A stretch of DNA of 64,000 nt. Source: Chloroflexota bacterium. GTDB lineage: Bacteria > Chloroflexota > UBA6077 > SHYK01. The translations under genes and the position numbers were made by a program. Position 1 is the stretch's first letter; every line of letters starts with the position of its first letter. The notes beneath the pieces are model-generated. The model saw only the letters and a list, made by a program, of their open reading frames with translations, did no database searches and had not been told where the DNA came from. Location: assembly GCA_009692845.1 (NCBI GenBank), contig SHYK01000002.1, positions 193,296-257,295 of the forward strand. The letters are read 5' to 3'. Positions 17,970-26,202 of this stretch are shown one piece after another.

Positions 17970-20296
17970 GTGGTGAGCGCCCTCCCGCGTTGGTTGGTCG
18001 AACTACGGCATGAGTGGCGTGCAGCGGCGGCCCTCCTCATACCTCTGGGCATCGGGCTCTGGTTCCGCCTGTAGCAGGTGGACCTTACCCAGTTCTGGTC
18101 CGAGCAGACCGCCATGCTCGACAAGGCGGCCGCGCTCGTGGACCACGGCGAGATTCCGCTAACCACCGGTCTGCTGTTCACTATCGGGGTCCGCCACACT
18201 CCACTGGTGGCTTTCCTGCTCGCGATCCCAATGCTTATCAGCAAAGACCCGGTGTGGATCTCGGGCTTCCAGGCGGGGTTGGATGTGGTCGCGATTGGGT
18301 TCGTCTTCCTGATCGGGCGGAGTTTTGGAGGACTGCGGTGTGGATTCGCAGCTGCGCTGCTCTATGCGGTGTCCCCAGCCGCGGTGAATTACAGCCGACT
18401 GATTTGGGCACCCGACTACTTGCCTTTCCTGGGCGCGGTAGCGATGTGGGGGACGGTGTCCTTTGTCCGTGGAGGTGACCATCGACGACTTGCCATAGCT
18501 GTATTCGTGGCCTGCCTCGGGACGGAGCTCCACCCCAGCGCCGCAGTGTTGCTTCTCGTGCCGGCGGTAGCCGCAGCCCGCCGGCGTCAGGATCTTCGGT
18601 GGCGGCCATTCGCCATCGCGCTGGCTGCTTTTTCCCTTTTGACGGCCCCCTACGTCGTACTTCAGATGACTACGGCGTGGTCGGATATCCCCGCGTTCCA
18701 GGCATATCTTGCCAGGCCGAACGTCTTTTCCTGGCAGGGACCCTACATCGCTCTGGCTGTGGTCGGCGGAGACTTTCAGCGGCAAATCACCAGCCAATTC
18801 CGGGCGCCTGACCCTACCCTCGCCACGGAACCGCTCATGTGGGTCATGGCTGGGCTGGTCCTAATCGGCTCGGAGGTCGCTCTGAGACGGAACGGTGGTT
18901 GGGTCGTCGTTGGCTCGCTCGTGCTGCCAGTCTTGGCGACCGTCCGGTTTTCGGCGACGCTCTACCCGCATTACCTTTTGCCGATCCTTCCGCCGATGGC
19001 TTGTCTTGCGGCAATCGGGTTGACGAGGATCAGGCCACGCGCCCTGAGTCTGATAGTGGTCGCGGCGGTCGCGGCGGTCGCGGCGGTGCGATTCCAGCAG
19101 ATCGTTAGCTTTGACAATGCGGTCGCGGAGCTGGAGCTCGGGCCGCAGTACAGCGTGCCGTTGCGGTATACCGCCGAGGCGGCTCGGCTGGGGCTTCAGT
19201 TGGATGGGCCGCCGCGACTCTTTGTGGGCACTGACGGAGCCAACGGTGGCTATTTTCTTATCTGATTAGTAATCGAGAGACGGTGACTCGTTTCGAGGAC
19301 CAGAACACGCTCGTATTTGGAAAGGAGGGCGGCGTCTATGTCGTTGGTGCAAACACACCGGCCGCCCGAACGCTCGCCGAGCGTGTTGTTCCGCCATCCG
19401 CCTCGGTAAGAACGCCGGCCGGGAAGCCGGTTTTCGACGTCTTCAAGGTGTCTCCAGATGCGGCTCGTGACTACCTGGGGAGCTTGCGCTTGAAGGCGGT
19501 CGACGCTGACATTGGTCGCGTGGTGGCGATCAAGGCTTATGAGGACGTCGACCTATTGGCCGGGACGCAATCCCGGCTGGGTCTGGTCTGGGACGTGAAG
19601 AAACGCGCTTTTCCCGCCTGGCCGGACCTCAAGCTGTTCGGCCACCTCGTGGATGGGGGAGGCGCCCCGTGGTCCCGAAATCCGGACCTGTCACCCTACC
19701 CGGTTCCCGATTGGGAGGACGGCGATGTGGTCCTTTCGTGGTTCGATCTAGATCCGCCATCGTCTACCCCGCTGGGCGGCTACTGGCTTGAGATTGGATT
19801 CTATGAGCCATACATCATGGCCCGGCCGCAGGTTTATGAGGGCGACCGCGAGTTGGGCGCAACTTTGAGGCTGGGCCCGATCAAGGTCCGGGGGGCGACC
19901 CAACCGGTGGTCCGAACGCCGCTCGGCGTGTATGGGGAGGATGAGATTTCCCTTGGCGCGATGGAGTCCCAGGGAAACGAGATCAAGCTGATCTGGCGGG
20001 CGCTGAAGCGACCAACCCGCGACTACACCGTTTTTATCCATGCACTGGACGCCGAGGGGCGGATGGTCGCCCAGCACGACGGGCGGCCCCAAGCGGGCAG
20101 CTATCCGACCGATCGCTGGGAGGTCGGCGAGGTGATCCAGGATTTGCACGTCCTGGATGGGAAGTTGGCGAGCGCCGTGAAATTAGAGGTGGGCCTCTAC
20201 GCCCGACCGTCTCTCGAACGTCTACGAGCCACGGCGCCGGATGGGGCGCCGAACGGTGACGCTCTCATGATAAGCCTGCCCCGACCGGAGGGTTAG
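17970..20296 (+). pseudogene. GT-C (ArnT-like) membrane glycosyltransferase with extracellular domains; in-frame TAG and -1 frameshift
   Basis: Collinear with intact paralog 26203-28500; TAG at 18072-18074 where the paralog has Trp; one missing T in the run at 19253-19256 joins ORFs 18078-19265 and 19283-20296. Confidence 0.75.
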
Positions 20297-20772
20297 GAGA
20301 CCTGGCGGAGCGACGTGGCAGCCCAGATTCCAGTTTGGCCCTGCCGGCCAGGTTGGATCAGCTCAACGTCGTAGATTGCCGTCGGCAGTGTCAGTCGAAC
20401 CAGGATTTGGCGTCGCGCGGTTCCCGGCTGTGGGGGTAGATCGGTTCTGCTCGCCTGGGCCCGAGCCGGATCCCGACCTTCGAACTCGAGCGTAGATCGG
20501 GCGACTTGCTCGGGGTCCAGTCGCCAGGGCTGCTGGCCCGTGTCGACTTCCTGCTGAAGCTCTCCGATGGACTTTTCGTCGGAGGAGTAGACCCGCGAGA
20601 GCAAGGTCGACTGAGCCCCCGACGTCGGCTGGTTAGTAGGTTGGACCAGCGCCCCCGTCGATCTGGGTGTCGAGCTCGCCGATGGCGGCGCGCAGTTGAC
20701 CGAGAGCAAGCTCAAGGTCAATACGAAGAGCGACCCGGCCGGGGTTCTCGCTTGGAGAAAAGAAATTTGCAT
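20293..20772 (-). CDS. Hypothetical lipoprotein
   Basis: Hydrophobic stretch ending 'LSVNC', S/T/P linker, domain with 'GQQPWRLDPEQVA'; probable ATG at 20772. Confidence 0.6.
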   Translation of the reverse strand: MQISFLQARTPAGSLFVLTLSLLSVNCAPPSASSTPRSTGALVQPTNQPTSGAQSTLLSRVYSSDEKSIGELQQEVDTGQQPWRLDPEQVARSTLEFEGRDPARAQASRTDLPPQPGTARRQILVRLTLPTAIYDVELIQPGRQGQTGIWAATSLRQVS

Positions 20773-20791
20773 TTGTGCTGCCCGCCCGGGT

Positions 20792-22101
20792 TTAAGGGAG
20801 GAACGCCAACGGATCCGTTGGAACACCCGCCTGCCTCACTTCGAAATGGAGGTGAGGGCCGAATGCAAAGCCAGTATCCCCGACCGACCCAACCTTTTGC
20901 CCGGCGCTGACGCGTTGCCCGGCGCTCACCGAAAAGGTGCTGAGATGGGCGTAGAGGGTGGTTAGACCACCGCCGTGGTCAACTTCCACTCGCTTGCCAT
21001 AGCCGATGTCGCTATCGACGACCACAGTCACCAGCCCGTCGGCGGCGGCGACAATTGGATCTCCCATCTGCCCCATGATGTCGATCCCGGTATGGCCGTT
21101 GTCGCCGAATAGTTGCGAAAGCCCGGCGCTCAGTGGCCAGCGCAGCGAAGCTCTTGGGCCACCCCGTCCAACTGGAGCAATGGTTGGGCTGAGGACGGCC
21201 ACTATCGGGGAGGCAGCGGCAACGATTCTGGTCGAGGTCGGAGCGGCTGCCAGGCTGGTTGCCGTAAGCGTGGAAGTGGGGGTCAAGCGGAGAAGGGTCG
21301 CCGTTGCGGTGGGTGGGATTGGAGTTGGAGTCAACAGCTTTCCACCCGGGATAAACAGCCGCTGGCCCAGGTAGACAAGGCTAGCGTCCTGAAGCTGATT
21401 GGCGGCAACCAGCCTGGCCGAGGTAACTCCGTAGGCGATCGATATGGATGACACCGAGTCGCCCTCTATCACGGTATGGACAACACCAGGCTCGGAAGGG
21501 ATCACCAGGACTTGACCAGCTTTGATCGTTCCGTCGGTGGGGAGCCGGTTCGCATTGGTGATGAGATCCGCGGACACCCCGGAGCTAGTCGCAATCCCAG
21601 AGAGCGACTCGCCCGCCAGGACCAGATGTTCCGAGAAGGCGGGTTTCGGCGTCGGAGTGTTCGACGGCTCTGCAGTTGCAGTACTCGTAGGCTCTGAAGT
21701 TGATGTCGGCGACGACTTCAACGTGGGAGTTGTCGTGACCTGAGTCAACGGGAGCCCCGGAGACGGGGATAGGCTGGAAAGGGGCGAGGGCGAGGTCGGG
21801 CTACCGTCAGGCGAGGCTGTTTCAGTTACCGCAACGTCGGCCCCCTGGGTGGGGGTTGGAGCAGGAGTGAGCGTGGGTTGGGGAGTGAGACTTGGGACCA
21901 GGGTCCGAGTTGGCGGTGCGGTCGGCGGCGCGATGGCAAGGCCGGGCCCACCACCGCTCAGAGGGCCGGTATCTCCGAGTTCGGCCAGGGCAACGGTCCA
22001 TCCGCTGAGGGCAACGAGGACGAGGATGCCTGCAACCAGGCCAGCCGCGTCCGGTCGCCGTCCCGTTCCGGGTTGGCGACCCTGAGATTCGTTTTGAACA
22101 A
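20792..22101 (-). CDS. LysM x2 + M23 peptidoglycan endopeptidase (5' end uncertain)
   Basis: Two LysM repeats, M23 motifs 'HTGID', 'YAHLS', 'PHLHFEV'; frame stays open upstream of 21748 through a P/T/S linker and a TM segment. Confidence 0.88.
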
Positions 22102-22262
22102 CTACCTCCAGCGTTTGGCTGGTAAGTACTAGGATACGGTACTTTGTTGCCCGGTTGTCAACGAGGCGGCACGGCTACGACGGGCAACATAGTGCTTGTG
22201 ACCTTGATGTGAGGAGATTTCGAGCGGGAACGGCGCGGATTCAGTGCAGAAGGAGGGTCGAA

Positions 22263-22901
22263 TTGGCGACAATGTGCCCCGTGGCGACGACGGCAACCTT
22301 CGAACCGAAAATGACCCTGGGCCCAAGGCGGACCGTCGCTGGTCGGCTGGTATTGATGGCTGTGTCCTTTGCCTTGATCGGCCTTGGCTGCACCAACAGC
22401 CCTTCCGAATCGAGAGCGACCGCTGAGGCGGCGACGAAGTCTGGTATCGCCCAACCGGTTGGAGGCGCGACCGCCGAAGCGACGGCTAAAACTGGCGCGA
22501 CGCAATCCATTGGAGGTGCGACCGTGGTCGGGAATGCTCCTGGAATTCCACAGCTAGACGGGCAGGTTCAGACGCTCCCGGATGGGTTGGCTTTTATCGA
22601 TGAAAAGGTCGGGAACGGCGCCGTCCGCTCCGGACAGAACGTGACGGTTCATTACACGGGTTGGCTCACCACCGGTCAGAAGTTCGATAGCTCGGTGGAT
22701 CGGGGCCAGCCTTTCTCATTCCCGTTGGGCGCGGGCCGGGTCATCAAAGGTTGGGATGAAGGCGTGGCCACGATGCAAATCGGGGGCAAGCGCCGACTGA
22801 TCATTCCATCTTCGCTTGGCTATGGCGCTCAGGGGGCGGGAGGCAGCATCCCGCCGAATGCGATCCTGATCTTCGACGTGGAGCTTATCTCTGCGGCCTA
22901 G
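22263..22901 (+). CDS. FKBP-type peptidyl-prolyl cis-trans isomerase, lipoprotein
   Basis: 'VHYTGWL..GQKFDSS', 'VIKGWDEG', 'LGYG', 'LIFDVEL'; lipobox 'IGLGC'; TTG after AGGAGG at 22251-22256. Confidence 0.93.
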   Translation: MATMCPVATTATFEPKMTLGPRRTVAGRLVLMAVSFALIGLGCTNSPSESRATAEAATKSGIAQPVGGATAEATAKTGATQSIGGATVVGNAPGIPQLDGQVQTLPDGLAFIDEKVGNGAVRSGQNVTVHYTGWLTTGQKFDSSVDRGQPFSFPLGAGRVIKGWDEGVATMQIGGKRRLIIPSSLGYGAQGAGGSIPPNAILIFDVELISAA

Positions 22902-23065
22902 GCGCGGCATCGCTGGTCGCTCAGTGAGATCCGTTGAAACAGGTGTCGGCGAGCAGTTCAGGAGCCAGCCGTCCGTGGGCACTTGGCGGCCGCTGTGCGC
23001 ACGTTCGTGGCAGCCCCGGCCGCTAGCCCGCCCTGGCCTGCGGGTTGGGTATCACGGAACCCCCA

Positions 23066-23071
23066 TATAAT
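23066..23071 (+). promoter_or_regulatory. Putative -10 box (TATAAT) of the PspA-containing operon
   Basis: Perfect TATAAT about 55 nt upstream of the first gene. Confidence 0.4.
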
Positions 23072-23124
23072 CCTTTCAGTTAAATCGCTGGCCCCCAGCT
23101 TGCGGGCGCGGGCACGCCGAGGAT

Positions 23125-23913
23125 GTGCTTTTGTCGAAACGGGTCGCCCCACTGTTATTTCTGGTCGCACTAGCAATCACTGGATGCAGCTCCAATAGCG
23201 GGCTGCCCGGTCAGCCGGGCACCTACGATGTCCGATCCGGTTCGGTCCGCTTCGACGGCGAGCGCTACCAGTTTTTGTGGACGGATGCGGCCTCGCAGAT
23301 CCACAAGGCCGACGGTAAAGACTTCCGACTTGCTCAATCCGATCGGAACTCGCTTCAGATCGGCGACGGCAGTCCGGTTTTGAACCTGAAAGAGGATGAA
23401 AAAATCGCCGTCCAAGGTGAGGACCGAAACGGCGGATACTCATCGTTCTGGTTCCCTTTCCTGCTCGGACAAGCGCTCGGAGGCGGGGGTGGCTTTGGGC
23501 TGCCTCACGCCACGCCAACCTATCGCTATCCACCCACGGATACCTTCGGCCGCGATGAAACCATGCACGGCACGGTCACATCCGATCGGCCGGTCCCGCC
23601 CGACTACTCCCAGGTGAAGCCCGCCGCCAACTCGGTGAGCGGCCAGGCGGCTGGCACCGGTGGGGGAACCGCGGCGACCAACAAGTCCACGTCGCCGGTG
23701 AGCGGTCAGGCGGGCGGAGTGGGCTCCGGGTCTGCAGCCTCGACCAAAGGTGGATTTGCATCGGGCCCTTCGAGCTATGCGTCAAAAGGGGCGAGCATCG
23801 GATCCGGTTCTAAGATCTCGAGCGGTGGGCTGTTCGGCGCCTCGGCGGGGAAGGCCCCCAGCCGCGCGCTCGGGGGCCGTTCGAGCGGCGGGGTGCGGCT
23901 TGGGCGAAGGTAA
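23125..23913 (+). CDS. Lipoprotein with Gly/Ser-rich tail (YjfM/YgiB DUF1190-like)
   Basis: Lipobox 'AITGC'; 'SFWFPFLLGQAL' resembles the YgiB-type 'FWMPLMAGYMMG' segment; low-complexity G/S C-terminus. Confidence 0.6.
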   Translation: MLLSKRVAPLLFLVALAITGCSSNSGLPGQPGTYDVRSGSVRFDGERYQFLWTDAASQIHKADGKDFRLAQSDRNSLQIGDGSPVLNLKEDEKIAVQGEDRNGGYSSFWFPFLLGQALGGGGGFGLPHATPTYRYPPTDTFGRDETMHGTVTSDRPVPPDYSQVKPAANSVSGQAAGTGGGTAATNKSTSPVSGQAGGVGSGSAASTKGGFASGPSSYASKGASIGSGSKISSGGLFGASAGKAPSRALGGRSSGGVRLGRR

Positions 23914-23941
23914 CTCAAGCCACCCGGGCGAGCGGTAGCTG

Positions 23942-24664
23942 GTGGAGCCAGCCGCATTGGTAGCCGGTCTGGTCGTGGTTGGCGCCGCCATCTTTTGGTA
24001 TCGGAGGCGTCAAACTGCTCGTCCTATTCGTAAGGAGATAACAGAGCTGACGCTGGCGTCCCTTGCAGCCGGCGACGTCGTGAACCTCAACGGCCATTTA
24101 CTCATTGTCGAAGCGGCGGTTGATTGCCGAGAGGCCTTATTGAACCGAGAGACCCGCTGGCGGTGGCTGTTCCTTGGGGACGGTTCGCTGCTGGAGAGCA
24201 GCCCCAGCGAGAATATTCTGTATGCAGGCATTCAGCTGGTGCGTCAGGGGAGCGAGGATTTCCAGGAGCTAGTAGCGGATGGAGGCGTTTTGAAACGATT
24301 CGAAGAGCAGGTTCGATCGCTCGGCGCGGGAGCGGAGCTCGACTATCAGTCGCCGAGTGGGGGCGCTTATCGCATGCGCAGCACTGGGACCTTTGCGGTG
24401 GATGCGATGGGCACCCTTCCGGCGCGGGAAGTCTGGAGGGACATCAGCGCTAGCCAGCCGGATAACGTCTACTTCAAGCTCGCAGGTGCGGAAGACTCGT
24501 CCCTCCTCGGAGTTTGGACCACCCATATCGCGCTCTGTGCAGGGCGGCCACTAAGCGGCGGAGAAATCCTGGGCCTCTATCCGGGCCAGGATGGACTGGA
24601 TGCGGCGGGGCACCACCGCTTGGGCGGGCTGATCGAACAAGACGGCCAGGGGATGCGCCGATGA
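23942..24664 (+). CDS. Membrane-anchored hypothetical protein (DUF4178/DUF2491-like)
   Basis: N-terminal TM, 'LAAGDVV', 'WRWLFL.DG..LE'; located upstream of DUF350 and PspA. Confidence 0.5.
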   Translation: MEPAALVAGLVVVGAAIFWYRRRQTARPIRKEITELTLASLAAGDVVNLNGHLLIVEAAVDCREALLNRETRWRWLFLGDGSLLESSPSENILYAGIQLVRQGSEDFQELVADGGVLKRFEEQVRSLGAGAELDYQSPSGGAYRMRSTGTFAVDAMGTLPAREVWRDISASQPDNVYFKLAGAEDSSLLGVWTTHIALCAGRPLSGGEILGLYPGQDGLDAAGHHRLGGLIEQDGQGMRR

Positions 24665-24879
24665 ATCCGGAAATCGAACGATTCGCGCTGTCACTCGGCA
24701 ACACGCTGCTCTGGAGCACCGTGGCAATCGTCTTGGTCATAGTGGTCTTCGAGGTCCTCAATCTGAGGTACCACCTCATGAAAGAGGTCTTTGAAGAGAA
24801 CAGCGTGGCGGCGGCGCTGCTGGCGGCGAGCTTCGTTGCCGGAATCTTCTACACCGTCGTCCAAATCGTCATTCACTAA
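24661..24879 (+). CDS. DUF350 (YjfL-like) small membrane protein
   Basis: Two TM helices joined by 'LMKEVFEENSVAAALL'; ATGA overlap. Confidence 0.75.
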   Translation: MNPEIERFALSLGNTLLWSTVAIVLVIVVFEVLNLRYHLMKEVFEENSVAAALLAASFVAGIFYTVVQIVIH

Positions 24880-24888
24880 GGGGGAGTC

Positions 24889-25623
24889 ATGGGGCTGCTA
24901 GCTCGGATGAGCACACTCTTGAAGGCGAAGACCAGCTCCATCCTGGAGCGCACCGAGAACCCGTCGGAGACCCTCGATTACTCCTATGAAAAGCTCCAGG
25001 CCATGCTCCGACAGGTCCAGCGCGGCATCGTCGAGCAGGTCACCGCCAAACATCGCTTGGCCCAACAGGCGAGTCAGCTGCGGTCGCAGAGCGGCCAGCT
25101 CGACAACCAGGCTCGGCAGGCCCTACAGGCCGGACGGGAAGATCTGGCCCGAATGGCGCTGCAGCGGAAGCAGGCTGCCGTGGAGCAGCTCCAGGGGCTG
25201 GACGAGCAGGTCGCGAGCCTGGAGGCGGAACAGCAGCGGCTCACTACGGCGGAAATGAATCTGCGCACGAAGGTTGAGGCCTTCCGGACCCACAAGGAAG
25301 TACTCAAAGCGCGGTATGTGGCCAGTGAAGCTGAAGTTCGGATCGGCGAGGCACTGCACGGGGTGGGGGAGGAGATGGCCGATGTCGGCTTGACGATCGA
25401 GCGAGCCGAGCAAAAAACCAGCCAGCTGCGGGCGCGCGCGGCGGCCATCGATGAGCTCGCCGCGGCGGGTACCTTGAACGACGTTATGGGCACCAGCCAG
25501 AGTGACCTGAGCCTTCAGCTGGGTCAAATCACCGCGGCTCAGAACGTCGAAGACGAGCTCGCGCTGCTCAAGGGGAGCCTGGGGCCGGGGGCCGAGCCGA
25601 AGCAGTTGGCCTCCGGGCAATGA
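24889..25623 (+). CDS. pspA: PspA/IM30 (bacterial ESCRT-III-like) protein
   Basis: 'MGLLARMSTLLKAK', 'ENPSETL', 'GREDLARMAL', long coiled coil, 'VEDELALLK'. Confidence 0.93.
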   Translation: MGLLARMSTLLKAKTSSILERTENPSETLDYSYEKLQAMLRQVQRGIVEQVTAKHRLAQQASQLRSQSGQLDNQARQALQAGREDLARMALQRKQAAVEQLQGLDEQVASLEAEQQRLTTAEMNLRTKVEAFRTHKEVLKARYVASEAEVRIGEALHGVGEEMADVGLTIERAEQKTSQLRARAAAIDELAAAGTLNDVMGTSQSDLSLQLGQITAAQNVEDELALLKGSLGPGAEPKQLASGQ

Positions 25624-25895
25624 TCGCCCGGATTATCGGCGGAGGCCAGTACCGAATTGCCGACGACGCCTTGGCTCACTTGAACCAACTCGACGACGCG
25701 GTCGTCGCGGCCGTCGCGACGGGGCGAGAGAGCGACTTTCGAGCCGCCTTCGAAGCGCTGCTGGCCGCGGTTCGAAGCAAAGGAGCTTTAGTTCCGCCAA
25801 CCGAATTCGTGACGTCTGAGCTAGTGCTGCCTTATGAAGGCATCACGCTAGCCGAGGCCCAGGACATTTTCGTCGGTCAAGGGCTGATTCCTTAA
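25620..25895 (+). CDS. PspA-associated protein PspAA
   Basis: 'MIARIIGGGQYRI...LNQLDD...SELVLP...GLIP'; ATGA overlap with pspA. Confidence 0.8.
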   Translation: MIARIIGGGQYRIADDALAHLNQLDDAVVAAVATGRESDFRAAFEALLAAVRSKGALVPPTEFVTSELVLPYEGITLAEAQDIFVGQGLIP

Positions 25896-25917
25896 TCGAA
25901 CTCAGAAGGAGCGGATC

Positions 25918-26199
25918 ATGACGATCAGACTGATGGTGAGTATCGCCGCACTGCCGGGCAAGGGCGGAGAGCTGGCGAAACTCCGGGCGCCCAGGGCGGC
26001 CGAGGTGCGTTTGGAGCCGGGGTGCGAGCAGTTCGAGCTCTTCCAGAGCACCGAAAACCCGGATCAACTGGTCTTGCTCGAAAAGTGGACGGATGAAGCG
26101 AGCCTGGCCGCGCATTCCAAACGCAATCAGGAACGGCCGCAGGTGGGGACCGAGCTGCGAGCAGGCGCCAGCGTGATGGAACGGTATGTCACTGAGTAG
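25918..26199 (+). CDS. ABM-family putative quinol monooxygenase
   Basis: 'VRLEPGCEQFEL', 'LLEKWTDEASLAAH'; AAGGAG RBS. Confidence 0.85.
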   Translation: MTIRLMVSIAALPGKGGELAKLRAPRAAEVRLEPGCEQFELFQSTENPDQLVLLEKWTDEASLAAHSKRNQERPQVGTELRAGASVMERYVTE

Positions 26200-26202
26200 A
26201 GA

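Noticed and set aside
18072-18074. In-frame TAG as pyrrolysine or read-through
   Set aside because: The paralog has Trp here (TGG to TAG), there are no pyl genes in the window, and the gene also has a frameshift
19063-19088. GCGGCGGTC x3 repeat as a phase-variation tract
   Set aside because: The 9-nt unit keeps the frame and simply encodes AAV repeats in a TM helix
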